From Chiloscyllium plagiosum (lineage: Eukaryota), in contig NC_057719.1 in assembly GCF_004010195.1 (NCBI RefSeq), positions 75,221,466-75,270,608 of the forward strand: a DNA stretch of 49,143 bases, given 5' to 3'. A program made the translations under genes and the position numbers. The first letter of the stretch is position 1; the number at the start of each line of letters is the position of its first letter. This document shows, piece by piece, positions 1 to 13,812 of this stretch. The notes below the pieces were generated by a model. It worked only from the letters and a program-made list of their open reading frames with translations, was not told where the DNA came from and ran no database searches.

Positions 1-224
1 GTTATGGGTAGGTTCTTCACTCAGCGAGTTGTAAGTTCATGGAATGCCCTGCCAGTAGCAGTGGTGGACTCTCCCTCTTTATGGGCATTTAAGCGGGCAT
101 TGGATAGGTATATGGAGGATAGTGGGTTAGTATAGGTTAGGTGGGCTTGGATCGGCGCAACATCGAAGGCCAAAGGGCCTGTACTGCGCTGTATTGTTCT
201 ATGTTCTATGTTCTATGTTCTATG
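1..224 (+). mobile_element. CR1 LINE 3' end (end of ORF2 + 3'UTR + (TTCTATG)n tail)
   Basis: Translates as FFTQRVVSSWNALP..AFKRALDRYM, the CR1 ORF2 C-terminus. Ends in a TTCTATG repeat tail at ~196-224. Confidence 0.9.
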
Positions 225-234
225 AATTGTCCAA

Positions 235-790
235 CTAGTAACTCACCTCCTGACTCCCCAAAGCCTGTCCACTATCTGCAAGGCACAAGTCAGGAGTGTG
301 ATGGAATATTTCCCATTTGTCTGGATGGGCGCAACTCCAACAACACTCAAGAAGCTTGACATCATCCAGGACAAAGCAGCCTGTTTGATTGGCACCGCAT
401 CCACAAACATTCAGCACTTCCACCACTGACGCTCAGTAGCAGCACTTTGAATCATCCATAATATGCACTGCAGAAATTCATCAAGAGTCCTCAGATAGCG
501 CATTCTAAACCCACGACCACTGCCATCTAGAAGGACAAGGGCAGCAGATATCTGGGAACACCACCTGCAAGTTCTCCAAGCCACTCACCATCCTGACTTG
601 GAAATATGTCACCGTTCCTTCACTGTTGCTGGGTAAAAATCCTGGAATTCCCTCCCTAATGACAGTGTAGGTTCATCTGTACCCCATGTACTGCCACAGT
701 TCCAGAAGGTAGCTCACATTCTCAAGGGCAGTTAGTGATGGGCGATAAATGCTGGACCAGCCAGAAAAGTCCATATCCTATGAGTGAAGG
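235..790 (+). mobile_element. 3' fragment of a second CR1/L2-group LINE family
   Basis: HLLTPQSLSTICKAQVRSVMEYFPFVWMG..TTLKKLDIIQDKAACLIG (post-RT domain). Homologous copies at 23690-24470, 27150-27780 and 30880-31180. Confidence 0.8.
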
Positions 791-2124
791 AAACAGAATC
801 TCTAAGCTGCATAATGTAATGAAATATCTTCTTGCTCATCACCAGCTACTGGGAACTACTGGAATCTAGCTAATGCACTGAATATTTTGTTGCGTATATG
901 TAACATCTGTACATTGCCCCATTGGATTCCTCAGCAATCATCAAAAGTCATTGGCAGCCATTTGCAAGCAAGATTTGATGTTCAATATGTCTGCCATTTT
1001 AAGCTAAATGCCAGACACGTGTAAATATAGGAACAGGATGTGCCATCTTCATATTCCATCACTGTCTCTTCTTTAAGTTTCTCTTGTCTAAAGTGTCCTT
1101 ATTGAAAGTACATTCTAGTGGTGAATGCTACAGCACAGCTGATGGTTACGTGGCTCCTGGTGTGGCTCACTCATACCTCATTGCTGACAGACCTGCTGTT
1201 ATGCCAGGAGCCAAACTTGAAGAGAATATCATGGAATACTGATCGGTCATTTAGGTAATGAGGACTGAGTGGGGGCACAGTGTTAGTTGCTCCCATCAGA
1301 TTGGGTTTAGAGCAAAGAATGCCCCTCGTGGTTCAAGGGGTGCAGGAATCATTTTACACAGAGCCTCTCCTTCCCAGTTCTGCTTCAGGTTCCACCCTCT
1401 CCTGAATGCTGACAGAATAACGTTTGATCATGGTCAGGCCTCTGCTCTCCTCCTTCCTGAATGTTCGGATGTATAGACAGGGGGCCTCAGCCCTAGCCTT
1501 CTGCCACCTGAGTTCCTGCTCCCTCCTGCCAACATGTCCTGTGTATCTGGTTAGTTTTGGACAGGACTCTGGACAAATTTAGGCAGACAAGCCTAGCTGG
1601 ACCGCTACCTCCTTGGAATGGTTGGACACATTGTACCCACTTAAAAGTACAGTGGGTCTAAGTTGTAACAATAGTGGATACCTGTTAGCTGGGAAACTTA
1701 GAAGATCCCCATGTTACTTCAAAGACCACAATGGAATTTTTATGCCTATCTCCAAACAGGGAGAGGGGTCTTTAATTGAATGTTTCTCTCATAAGATGGG
1801 ATCTGTGACACATGGAATAAAGCTAAAAATGGAACGGTGGAAGTAGAAACTATTTAAGAAACAACAGTTTCCTCAATTCTGGTAGAGATAGTTGTTCCAA
1901 CAGTTCACATCTTTTTGGATCGATCAATTAAGATGAGTTGTACAGTTTTCCTCATGCATTATTATCTTGTGAGCTTGTATCAGGAAAGTATAATACAATT
2001 TTAAAAGATGTCCCTTAAAATGGTGATAGAGTACCCAGAATATCTTACCCAGTGCATAAGTTTATGAGTTACAACAAAGGGCAATTAAGGGACGTCCATC
2101 AAATAAGACTTCAGTTACCTACAT

Positions 2125-2500
2125 AAATTTAAGAAGTTGAGATTATTTTCCTTCAAGAAGTGAAGGTGGAGGGGAGATTTGATAGGGGGGGGTTCAAAAT
2201 CATGAGAGGTCTGAGCAAAACATACAGGGAAGGATTAAGAACAAGAAGGCACTGATTTAAGAAATTGGCAAAAGCAAAGGCAACACCCTGAAAAAAAAAC
2301 TCTTTTCACACAGCAGGTAGATAGGGTCTGGAAAGCATTGCCTGGGAGTACAGAAGGCAAGTTCAGTTCAGGAACTCAAAAAGGGAATTGGATTCTCAAG
2401 TGAAAAGGAGGAATGTTCAGCGTTATAGGAAGAAGTCTGGGGAGTGGCACTAAGTGCTCCTTCAGAGAGCAAGCACAGAATCAGCAGCCTCCTTCTATGA
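2125..2500 (+). mobile_element. decayed CR1 LINE 3' fragment
   Basis: Degenerate LFSL.KRR.RGDLI..FKIMRG and FTQ.V.RVW.ALP motifs. Confidence 0.7.
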
Positions 2501-4249
2501 AGACAATTTGATAAATTTTACTGGACACTTTCTCCAAATTAAAATGACAAGTCCCATAGGGCTTACTTTTCATTTGTTCAGCCTGATCAAAAATCCATCC
2601 CACTAAAAGTGCATTCAAAACAAAATAAGGAAATTGATACAAGAGAATAAGGGAAGCCTCCGTTTCTGCTCATGAGGAACAAACTCAATTTCAAGATTTT
2701 CCAAAAGAATTGCACTAACAGGGACTCTTCATGGAAATGACAGTCGTTGGAGAATTGAGACAATATTGACATCTGTTGGGTTGGATATGCACTGAGCTCT
2801 CAGAGGATAAAAGGTCAGTGATACTCCTGCCAAACCCTAAACATGTTCCCTCCCATTTGTTGGGAAGGGTTACATGCTGAGAAACAAGTGAAATTATTAC
2901 AGTAATTGAGATGGAAGCCCTTTTCGGAGGTAAACATAATCGGCAATAGTTAAACTGCCAACGTGAAAAGTTAAATATTATTTGTACCTTATGGACATTG
3001 TTACGTAACTTGCATAGCACACATAGAAACTCACAAATCAAAAGCCATCTGGTCCTGACCTGAAACACTGACAGCTGGTATTCCAACTATGACTAATAAA
3101 CTCAGCACTTTGTTTTGGGAACACAAATTAGATTTCGCTGTCCAGTTTACAGTCATTAACAGACACTACAGAACAGGGGAAGGGTATCAAAACCTGGGCA
3201 ATGCCTCCACACTAAATGAGCACAGCACTTGTCTTTTTTAGTCAAATACACATCACCCATGCCCTGAGAAGCTGGACTCGGAAATCCCTATAAATGTGGC
3301 AGTAGACTGCAATAAAAGCCCATGCTTTCATTCCTCACATGGAACAACATTTTATTAGCTTTTTGGTTCCGCTTTTGTGTTCATTAAAGAATAATCAGAC
3401 ATGAAGGAAATTTCACGCCACTTTGTTTGCACCTTTTGTCCTGTTTTCATTTGAACTGATTAAAGGAAGACTTCCATTCGAAACACAAAGCGCTGCCCCC
3501 AATGACCGAGCAAGTGATATTATCCCAACTTGCTTCTCCAAACCTAAGAGCCGCCTACTTTTGAAAACAAGCGCATGGTCAGACAGAAATTGAATATTGC
3601 TGAAAAGAGAAACACGTTGCCACAGCTTCTCATTTTGGACTCATCAGAACAAACGCCAGAATGCCAAGTTTCAAACAACCACAACAGCTTATACCACTGG
3701 AGAGTGGGTGCCGTTTGGCAAGATGACTGTGATTGGATAAGATGTTGCTATGGAGAAGGTAACAGGGAATTGCAGGCTGCTCAAAGTCCTGGGTAGCTAA
3801 GAAGGCACAAGGCTTGAATATATTTAGGTTAGAGTATGACTCTATGGCTCTATCTTCCTTTTGGTAACTTTTTTCCATGTATTGCAAAGTGCAGCAAATG
3901 AAGAGTTAATGGGTATTAGGCTGTCATTGTACCTTCCATAATGGGTGTAGAGAATATCACAGACATTAGGTACTGATAGATGCATTGGGAGGCTCTAATA
4001 TTGCCATATTAGCCATCAGGCCATCTAGATATCTACACAAATTGAATTGGTACAGCTGTTTGCATCAAAGTTTGCGAATCTGATGTTTGGAAACTTCTGG
4101 TCGCATATAAATCTGTTCATTTTATTCTTATAAGATGACGCCCTTGAACACAATGTAAATTAATCCAATCAAATGATCCTTTCTGTTCATGCATTTGTTG
4201 TGGTATTGACAGCCAGTGTTGAAAAATCCATGAAGTACTTCCCAGGTAT

Positions 4250-4410
4250 GACAAAATGTATCCCATTCCAAATGTGCGGATGATCAAAATCAAGTGGGAA
4301 ATGCGTGTTGTGAGGAAGATGAGAAAGTGTGAAGAGGATTTGGGCAGGCTTGGTGGCTGGCCAAGGACAATGCAGTTGGAATATAATGTGGAAACTTGCG
4401 CAGCTTTTGT
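4250..4410 (+). mobile_element. short decayed CR1 RT fragment
   Basis: CEEDLGRLGGWPRTMQLEYNVETC resembles CR1 LQ.DLDRL.EWA..WQMEYNV.KC. Confidence 0.6.
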
Positions 4411-5182
4411 CTTTGTTAACAGTTCTGGTAGAGTTGGGTCAAGGATAGGGGTAATTGAATCAGGTTGGATCAGGGGAGATATAATCAGTGGGGGAGCAGC
4501 AGGGAGGTGGATGTCAGGGGTCTAGAGAGTGTAAGAGGTCAGAGGTGATATAGTTGTGGGGGGGGCTGTCAGTTTAATATTTACCCTAAATTCACACAGA
4601 TTTTTAATCCTGTAACTTTTCCCGGATAGATATTAAGTTTAACTGAGTTGGAATTTTCTGCATTCTTCAACTTTAATGGACACTTTCAGAGATCTCCTGA
4701 TGCAGAAGAATTGCTCATCGGAAAATTTAATTTCCCAGGCAATTTTCCACAGAGGTCAGCTGCATCTGGGATTCTGCATGATGCTGAGATGCATCTCCAG
4801 ATTGCAATGCTCTGACTGTCTGACCATCAGAATATCTGGACCATTGTTCCTTTGGTGCAGTATCCAATACTATACACAGTGGTAATGTTATGTTAATTGT
4901 TTTTATCAAGGATGCAAAAAATAAAGGCTATTAAGTATTTTGAAGCACATATAAATCATTAACTCTGGGACATTGGGCATTACTGGGCAGAAGGCAGGCA
5001 GATGTAATGCTGCATTCTACAAATAAATCAACTCTGAAGAGAAAGATGTGTGTTTGTTTCAATCTTAAACATCTGGCTTGAGATTCATTCATCTTAAGCG
5101 CTCCAGTTGTGCTTTAAGAACCATTTTGTACATCAAAATTGAAGTTATTAGTGTGTTAAGTTTCTCCTGTTGAAGCATTATA

Positions 5183-5596
5183 GGTACGATGCTATTAAGT
5201 TAGAAAAGGTTCAAAAGAGATTTTCCAGGATGTTGCTGGGTATGGAAGGTTTGAGTTATAAAGAAAGACTAGGACATTTTTCACTGGAGTGTGGGAGGTT
5301 GAGAGGTGACCTTTTCGAAATTTATTAAATCATGAGGGGTAAAGAAAGTGCTAATGGTAGGTGTCTTCTCCATAGGATGGGGGATTTCAAGATCACAGGG
5401 TGTATTTTTGAGAGAAATTTAAAAAAGATATGGGGGCAAACATTTTACACAGCGGGTGGTTATCATGTGGAATGAACTTCCTGAGGAAGTGGTGGATGTG
5501 GGTACAGTTACAACATTCAAAAGACACTTAGGTAAGTACACAAATAGGAAAGGTTTGGAGGGATATGGGCCAGTAGCAGGCAGGTGGCACTAAGTC
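5183..5596 (+). mobile_element. CR1 LINE 3' fragment
   Basis: DAIKLEKVQKRFSRMLLGMEGLSY..., FTQRVVIMWNELPEEVV. Same family as 11260-11791. Confidence 0.85.
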
Positions 5597-5599
5597 CAG

Positions 5600-6045
5600 C
5601 AGAGATATCCTGAAGCTGAGATGACTGACCTCCAACAACCACCACCATCTTCCTTTCTTCTTGGTATAATTCCAAGCAGCATTGAGACCACCCCCCTCCT
5701 TCCCACCCTCACACCCCGATTTGCATGGATTCTTGTTTTGCTCAAGTTCCTTAATGCCTCACTTGGTCAAACGTAGCCTTGATCTGAAGGGTAGTAATTG
5801 TTACCTCACCGCAGGAATTCAGCTCTTTTGTCCGTGTTTGGACCAAGACCTTAATGAGACAAGGAATTGAGTGACCCTGACAGAACGCAGACCGAGCGCT
5901 AGTGAGCAGGTTATTTCTGAGCAAATGCCACTTGATAGTATTGTTGACAACTCCTTTCATCACTGTACTGATGATTGAGAGTAACCTAATAGGTTGGTAA
6001 TTGCTTGGGGTGGATTTGTCCTGTTCTTTGTAGACAAATTTATCT
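5600..6045 (-). mobile_element. LINE RT-region fragment (second family)
   Basis: ORF 5751..6050: KEQDKSTPSNYQPIRLLSIISTVMKGVVN...TLQIKATFDQV, matching the NYRPISLL and LDIKAAFDRV RT motifs. Confidence 0.85.
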
Positions 6046-6074
6046 AACACATTTCATTACCAAACGAAATCTGA

Positions 6075-6430
6075 AATAACCTCATTGCTGACTGACTTTT
6101 TGAAGTGTAATTGTTTTAATGCAGCAAACATGACAGTCATAATGTGCACTGTAAACTTCCACAGGCTGTGCTGTAATAATGACTAAATAATCTGCTTGTG
6201 TGGTACTGATGTTAGAAGACTATTGGTCATGTCACTGCGGATAACTCCTGTACTTCTTAGTAGTGGCAATGGATCTTTTACATCGACCTGAAAGAGCAGA
6301 CAGAAACTCAGTTTAACATCTCTTCACAAAGTACAGCACTGGACTAGATTGTCACAACCAAGTGTTGGAATTTGAATGTATAACCCCTTCATGTGAAGAC
6401 AAACTGCCACCAGTTAAGCATGGCTGACAC
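6075..6430 (-). mobile_element. decayed SacSINE1/DeuSINE-like SINE
   Basis: Reverse complement shows a tRNA-like head, a Deu-domain-like body and an L2-like tail. Similar to 38805-39170. Confidence 0.55.
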
Positions 6431-6579
6431 ACAAAAAAACCCCCCAATAATAACACGTTAAAAAATTAAATGCTGAAGCATGAGATGTAAAAATATAAAG
6501 CGGCAAACACCAAGAAATAAATTGGTATTTATTTCTCCAGAATGAAGCAAACAGATTTCAAACTCTCATTTCAAGTGAG

Positions 6580-6787
6580 TACCTCTGTAAAGGTGGTTGA
6601 ATCAGACACCCTCATAACATTTCAGAAGTATTTATATGTGCACTTGCATTTCCAAGGAATACAAGGCTCCAGCTGAATGCTGGAAAATGGGATTGGAATA
6701 TTTTGAGTAGTGGTTGATTTTTGGACCAGGAAGGATGGAAGGGCTGAAGGGCTTTTTACAGTGCTGTCAATGTCTGTGATTCTATAA
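6580..6787 (+). mobile_element. decayed CR1 3' tail
   Basis: VVESDTLITFQKYL followed by an atggg..gaagggc..ctgt..tctat 3'UTR. Confidence 0.6.
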
Positions 6788-6878
6788 CTTAATCAGGACA
6801 AACTTGATTTGCATTTTGAATATTTGTGTTTTTAAAAAGTGATGTATAACGCCAGTTAACCACTTGTGATCTGATTCC

Positions 6879-7025
6879 CACACACACGTGTACGTACACA
6901 CAAGCACGCATGCACACATGCGCGCACACACACACACATGCACACGCCACATACGCACATACATGCATGTGCACACATACATGCACGTATGCACGCACAT
7001 GCGCGTGCGCGCACACACACACACG
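6879..7025. repeat. compound alternating purine/pyrimidine microsatellite (CA/CG/TG/TA)
   Basis: About 145 bp of almost uninterrupted RY alternation. Confidence 0.95.
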
Positions 7026-7501
7026 TTTAGTCTGCTTTTTTTTTGGAACAACTCTATTCAGCTGCTCAGCGCAAGAATGCCACTTTGTTATTTTACTCTG
7101 TAATTCATAACCAGCAGTGAACTAAGCCAACCATGTGATTAAATTCAGATTAGGATCCTTCCTAATCAGAAGTGAATCAGCCTTCTTCAGTTAATTAATT
7201 TCTGCTGATGATGAAAGCAGTAAAGAACTTTGTGTGCAGAATTTATCTGATCCTTTTCTCCTCAAATCTCTTGACGGTCCTGGCTCTTGCTGGAATATAA
7301 ATCATTTTCATGAACACCAGCTGCCTTTGGCACCTTGCCAAAGTGAAATTGTTTTGTTCCTGAATACCACCAGCTAAAAGGGCATTACAAATGAGCCTTA
7401 TCCTGTCCTCACCAGCAATCAGGAATAGAAAGTCTTACTTGCCCAAATGTAGTGATGCTGACTGTAGCATCTCTACAACAATAGATCAAGCATCAACCCA
7501 A

Positions 7502-8045
7502 TATAGATCATAAGATATAGGAGCAGAAATTAGGCCATTCAGCCCATCGAGACTGCTCTACCATTCAAACATGGCTGATAAATTTCTCATTCTCCTGCTT
7601 TCTCTCCGTAACTCTTGATCCCCTTGACGATCAAGAACCGATCTATCTCTGTCTTAAATATACTCAATGACCTGGCCTCCATAGCCTTCTCTGGCAGTGA
7701 ATTCCATAGATTCCCCACTCTCCTTATCTCCATTCTAAAAGGTCTTCCCTTTACTCTAAGGCTGTGCCCTCGGGTCCTAATCTCTCCTACCAATGGAAAC
7801 AGCTTCCCAACATCCACTTTGTCCAGGCCATTCAGAATTCTGTAAGCTTCAATTAGATCCCCTCCTCATCCTTCTAAACTCCATCAAGTATAAACCAGAG
7901 TCCTCAAACGTTCTTCATATGTTAAGCTTTTCATTCCATGGGACCATTCTCATGACCCTCCTCTGAATACACTCTGAACATAGGGGCCAATACATCCTTC
8001 CTGAGATATGGGGCCCAAAATTGCGCACAATATTCAAAATATATT
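7502..8045 (-). mobile_element. CR1 LINE 3' fragment
   Basis: ORF 7587..7817: KLFPLVGEIRTRGHSLRVKG..WNSLPEKAMEA..FKTEIDRFL. Tail at ~7502-7520. Confidence 0.9.
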
Positions 8046-9361
8046 TACCACCTAATATACCACTATACCACTTCACCTGCCTTTGTAGACCAGTTTGTTG
8101 CACTGCCCGATCTTGTTAACTTTGTCTTGTGGTGCGAGAATGCATCTTAAAGGGGCCTTCTTATGTGCAGCCTTTCTATAGTCTCCACCTCCACCACCCA
8201 CACACATACACACACACACACACCCCACCACCACCCAACCACAAAATGATAAACTCCAGACTGCACAACCTGTGTGTTTCAAGAGAATGTTGCCTGGGCC
8301 CTTCCAGCTCAACTATACACAGAGTAGCAGTACAGTGTAGCAGCTCAGTCATACATGGCATTCAGTGCAAAAGGGTAATTGCAAGTCTCTAGATTAACTG
8401 CAAACCATTTGGCATCAAAGTTTCCAAGGGAAAATACATCTCTGCTTTCTAAAATTAACACAACTTTTATCCAAGAATGCACAGAAATACAAACAGTACC
8501 TCAATGACTTTAAAAGGGGTGGCAACCTTTGAAGAGGCCATTTTCAGAAATGTGAGAAGATTAGAAGAACGAGCTTAATGTACCCTTGACACCTGCCCCC
8601 ACTCCCCCCTAAACCCCACCTGACTTGTCAGGAAATCTACACTCCAGCTAAAACCAAAAGGTTAGGTCCATTAATACTAATTTCAAAGTTAGGTGCTAAT
8701 TCAACATGCTTTTAGCAGCAGCTCTCATGGATGAACTGGTTAAGAGGGGAACCTGCTGTATTCCTCAAATCAGTAAGTCTAATATTAAACCAAGTTATTT
8801 CAGTCAGAATTCAAACCACCATATGTCACTGGACTAGGGGATCAATAATAAAAAAAAAATCAGCTTCCCATTCCCACTTGCTGTCCAAATCCATCCCACT
8901 CACCAGCAGTGGCTGCTGCCAATATTATAACCTTCCTAGACCTAGGAATACTGAGAGATCCCAACCACAGGACAGGGATCTCATGGATAAGAGGAGCCAG
9001 GGCATTAGCAGCAAGGGTAGGACATGACTTTCAATATGCCCCCTTACGGATACCAGACCCCTCAGTTGTTACAATCTTCTCCAGAATGCCAATGTACGAC
9101 TCACACACAAGGACTAGTGAAACAATGAAGTGTGTTGCTGATTTGAAGACTCCCTACAGCTGCTATTCACTGGAAGCTAAGTAGAGCATGTTTACTTTAT
9201 CACTGTGTTTCAGACTGCCTGAAAGTCATTGGACTAAGACATCATATTGTTTAGAGGTGATTAATGATTGATATTAGTTTGAGATGTAAGCACAGAATGT
9301 CAGAACATGCCTATTTTGCTAACTAAAAACTTATCCTGAAAGAATTTAAAGATTTTATAGA

Positions 9362-10184
9362 TGTGTGCAGAATTCCCCAGTTTACTTGATTTTCAATCCT
9401 GGTGGAGAAAATGCACAGACCAATTTTCTGTGTTTAACAAAAATTATAATGTATAACAAGTAAATAGACTCCAGCTACAGGTAAACAGTTATAAACTGTT
9501 GGCATGTAACTCTCAAATTAAAACTCTATCCACTTATAAACCAAACACACACACACATATGCACATACACACAAATGACTTAATGGACAGGGGGATAAAC
9601 AGGGAAAGTAGTTCAGTGGTCCCCATGCACAGGATCTGCTGAGATGATTCTTTTGCTGATTAGAACGTTGTTTCTCAGTCTTTCTTCACTGAATGCTTTC
9701 ACTGGTTTACAGGACGCCTCGTTAACACTTGTGAAATGTCTCCATTTTATTAATTAAAGTTACAATTTGCAGCAACTATGGAAAGAATAAATTGGTTTTC
9801 TTCAAGCTTGAAGTGGGTTTTTACTGCAGAGAACATGCACAGTTTCTGAGCTTGTGGAGATTCTCTGGCTTCTTACCATCTTGTTCACAGCCTATACTGC
9901 TGAACCTATCACACAGTAGGACAAAGGCCTTTGTCATCACTAACGGTTCTCTAGTCCACAGACCAATCTGCTATTTGTAGCTGGTTGTATCTCCATTTGT
10001 AACTGAAAAGGTATTGACCCTTGGCTCCAGCTCATTTGCAACTACTTGAATGAGGGTCTATGGAAATAGTGCTTACAATTAGTCAGGTTACTTGCTTTTA
10101 AGATCGGCAGTAATCCATGGTTTTAAGATAGTTCTTCACCCACGATTAAAAACAAAGAAAACTAAAAAGACACAGTCTTTACAA
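9362..10184 (-). mobile_element. possible 3' LTR of the adjacent Ty3/Gypsy element
   Basis: Starts TG (9362) and ends CA (~10183), directly next to the pol remnants. No partner LTR found in the window. Confidence 0.35.
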
Positions 10185-11259
10185 ACCCTTTCAAAAATCT
10201 AGATTACATACTTGGGTATTCTCAAATTGCAGATGTGTCAGAGTCTTACATGTTGTTTGCATGTTGATTGTTATCCTGCTGGCATTCTACACCTTCATTG
10301 TCCAAGTTGTTTTCTTTGTGTGAGGGTTTTGTGCACAATTGAAGTATAATACAGTTTCTGAAGCTGGCTTGTATTTCTCCACAATGATATTCCATTCCCA
10401 GTCGTGAATTGACATGATCTCAGCTCACTGCACGTTTTGGATACCTTTACAGATAACCACATTCCCTGTGTTGAAGGTATGATTTTGACCTCCTGTCTTA
10501 CCACATGGATTAGGGCCATTCTGCATCTGCAAGTCAGTCATGCATCATTTCCATTCTCCCTTGTTTTTTTTTTAAGAAGTTTGTCCTGCATCTCTGAGAA
10601 TGTGCATAAGTGATGGGCTTGGCGTGGTCTTTTAACCTGTGTTCCAAGCATGATCTGTTTTGCTAATGGTAAGCACATGTCCAGAGATGCACCCATTTTG
10701 GTACTAGATTTGTAGCACAGAGTCATATCCCTTTCTATTGACAGAAGTGGTTGTAGACTAGTGGATACATTTGTTAATGATTTGTGCCAAATCATATTCA
10801 ATTATTTGTGATCTGTTTCCACAAGGAATTGCTTCCTGAATAGGTAATATGGAATCTTGTGCTAACAAAAAGGACAATAAGTATTTCATGCTCTGTGTTA
10901 ATGATTGTATTTGTGATAGATTTTTGGATTCAAATGCAACTAGTTTGCTGTCTTGCATGATGCATGTTCTAAGCCCTTCCTGAGATGCAACAACTCCCAC
11001 CATTGTCTTCTTCCTTGGATCTCGGAATACATGTTTTTGCTGACAATTCTTGTCTGAGTGATTCCGACGTTTGCTGACGGCCCTCCTGTCATCAGTTTGG
11101 TACATCCTTCCTCAAAAGTTCTATCAATGACATTTTTACTGAGTATTGTGCCAGGAAGTTAAAATATCTGAAATATCTCTGCAGGTCTTCTTTGTCTTGA
11201 GGAGTAAACATATGTTGCACAACTTTGACTGAGCCTGGGTCAGGGCAGATCCTGTCATT

Positions 11260-11791
11260 TAGAGTCATAGAGTCATAGAGATGTACAGGACAGAAACAGA
11301 CCCTTCGGTCCAACCCGTCCATGCCGACCAGGTATCCCAAATCTAGTCCCACTTGCCAACACCCGGCCCATATCCCTCCAAACCCTTCCTATTCATATAC
11401 CCATCCAGATGCCTCTTAAATGTTGCAATTGTACCAGCCTCCACCACTTCTTCTGGCAGCTCATTCCATACACGTACCACCCTCTGTGTGAAAAAGTTGC
11501 CCCTTAGGTCTCTTTTATATCTTTCCTCTCTCACATTAAACCTATGACCTCTAGTTCTGGACTCCCCGACCCCAGGGAAAAGACCTTGTCTATTTACCCA
11601 ATGCATGCCCCTTATAATTTTGTAAACCTCTATAAGGTCACCCCTCAGCCTCCGACACTCCAGGAAAAACAGCCCCAGCCTAGTCAGCCTCTCCCTATAG
11701 CTCAGATCCTCCAACCCTGGCAACATCCTTGTAAATCTTTTCCGAACCCTTTCAAGTTTCACAACATCTTTCCGATAGGAAGGAGACCAGA
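11260..11791 (-). mobile_element. CR1 LINE 3' fragment inserted in Gypsy pol
   Basis: ORF 11343..11798: FWSPSYRKDVVKLERVRKRFTRMLPG...FFTQRVVRVWNELPEE. (ATGACTCT)n tail at 11260-11280. Confidence 0.95.
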
Positions 11792-13216
11792 AAACCAAAA
11801 GAGTTAATTTGACCTACATTCACTAGGCACTTCTTACTATTGAAGTCAAGTCCTTCATGACAGGCTGCCACCAATAGGGTATATTGATTTTGATTGTGTT
11901 CTTTTATGGTTTTTCCCCATCATCACAATATCATTGGCAACACACACACATCTAGGCATATGTTTTGTAATTTTGTCCATATGCTGCTGGAACAGATCAT
12001 GCCTGACATATAGATTGAAAGGTAGCTGCTCGAAATAATATGTTCCAAATGGTGTTCAAAATTATTGATTTCTTGAGATTCCTTTGCCAAGTGGAATTGA
12101 CCAATATCTGTGCTTGGCATCCAGCTTGGAAAAGAAATTAGCTCCGGTGATTTGGGATTCAGTTCTTAAAATGATGGAATTTTGTGTGCATCTCATTATA
12201 GCAATATTTCGACATCTTGGGTCCAAACATGTCTGGATTTTGCCAGTTTTCTTTAGCACACACGCAATGGAACTGCACCAGTCTTTGTGCTGATTTCTAC
12301 AATGGACTGTTCACTTCACCATTAGGTTTCTCCTGCATGAGAACACTGAATTTTCTAGGAGGGTCCACTGGTGGAATTTTCTCTTCCCTGGGGTGCAACA
12401 TCACCTTTAAAGTTTTGTGTAATGGTGGGTCTGACTGGGTGCTATTGTTATAAATCCTCTTCTGACTCAGTGCAATTATTCTTGGTCTCTTCTGCAGCAT
12501 TCGGTATCCAGGTGATCTGGTGAATGGTCACAATAGTGAGTTCAGTACACACTTTGATCCTGCTGAGGACTTGTGAGGAATATAAAGAAAGCAGGAAAGG
12601 ACTCAAGCAGGGAATGAGAAGAGCACCGAGGGACTGTGAAATGACCTAGGCAAGTAGAGTTAAAGATAATCCAAAGGTATTGTATAGATACATAAAAAAA
12701 AGAAGATAACTGGTGAGAGGGTAGGACTACTCAAGGATAAAGGATGGAACCTGTGCTTGGAGGCAGACAATGTGGATGAAATCCTAAATGAGTACTTTGT
12801 GTCAGTATTTACCCAGGAGAAGGATATGGAGGATTGTAATATGGAGCATGTTAATATGTTTGGACATTTTGAGATCAAGAAAGAAGTGGTGTTGGGTTTC
12901 TTGAAGAGCATTAAGGTGGATAAGTCCCCAGCCCGATGGTATCTACCCCAGCTCATTGAGAGAGGCAAGAGAGGAGATCGCTGGGTCCTTAACCACGGTC
13001 TTTGTATCATCGCTAGCCACTGGAAAAATCCCGGACAACTGGCAAGTAGCTAAAGTTGTTCCTCTATTCAAGAAGAGAAATAGGGAGAATCCAGGAAACT
13101 TCCGATCTAGTGATTCTCACATCGGTGGTTGGGAAGCTACTCAAGAGAATTCTTAGAGATAGTATTTGCACACATTTGGTAAAGCATGGTCTAATTACAC
13201 GCATTTCGAAAAGCAG

Positions 13217-13540
13217 GGAGGCATGGTGGCTCAGTGGTTAACATTGGTGCCTCACAGCGTCAGGGACCCAAGTTCGATTCCAGCCTTGGGCAACTGTCTG
13301 TGTGGAGTTTGCACATTCTCCCTCTGTCTGTGCAGGTTTACTCCGGGTGCTCTGGTGTCCACCCACAATCCAAAGATGTGCAGGTCAGGTGAATTGGCCA
13401 TGCTAATTGCCCATAGTGTTCAGGAATGTGTAAGGTTAGGAATCAGGGATAAATATATAATAGGGGAATGGATCTGGGTGGGAGGTTGGTGTGGACGTGT
13501 TGGGCCTAATGGCCTGGTTCCACAATGTAGGGATTCTATG
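13217..13540 (+). mobile_element. HE1-type V-SINE
   Basis: tRNA-like head (tggctcagtgg A box, gttcgattcc B box), V-domain tgtgtggagtttgcacattctccc and a CR1-derived tail. Confidence 0.9.
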
Positions 13541-13556
13541 CTTCTAATTAGGGATA

Positions 13557-13768
13557 TGATGTGGAGGTGCCGGTGTTGGACTGGAGTGGACAAAATTAGA
13601 AGTCACACAACACCTGGTTATAGTCCAACAGGTTTTCCTGAAATCATAAACTTTTGAAGCGCTGCTCCTTCATCAGGGCTCTTTGCCTGATGAGGAAACA
13701 GCGCTCCAAAAGCTTGTGATTTCAAATAATCTTGTTGGACTCTAACCTGCAGTTATGTGACTTCTAAT
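13557..13768. mobile_element. palindromic PLE pLTR mini-element with two decayed hammerhead motifs
   Basis: Inverted arms 13595-13677 and 13686-13768, each with CTGATGA..agc..AAAA. TSD cttctaatTagggaTa (13541-13556) / cttctaatGagggaCa (13761-13776). Confidence 0.8.
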
Positions 13769-13812
13769 GAGGGACAGTCAGTGTGGCTTTGTGCAGGACA
13801 GGTCATGTCTTA

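Noticed and set aside
4415..4570. G-rich stretch as a G-quadruplex or regulatory element
   Set aside because: The G-runs are irregular with long loops, so it is more likely a decayed simple repeat.
6782..7110. Cys/His/Val-rich ORFs
   Set aside because: These are translations of a dinucleotide microsatellite.
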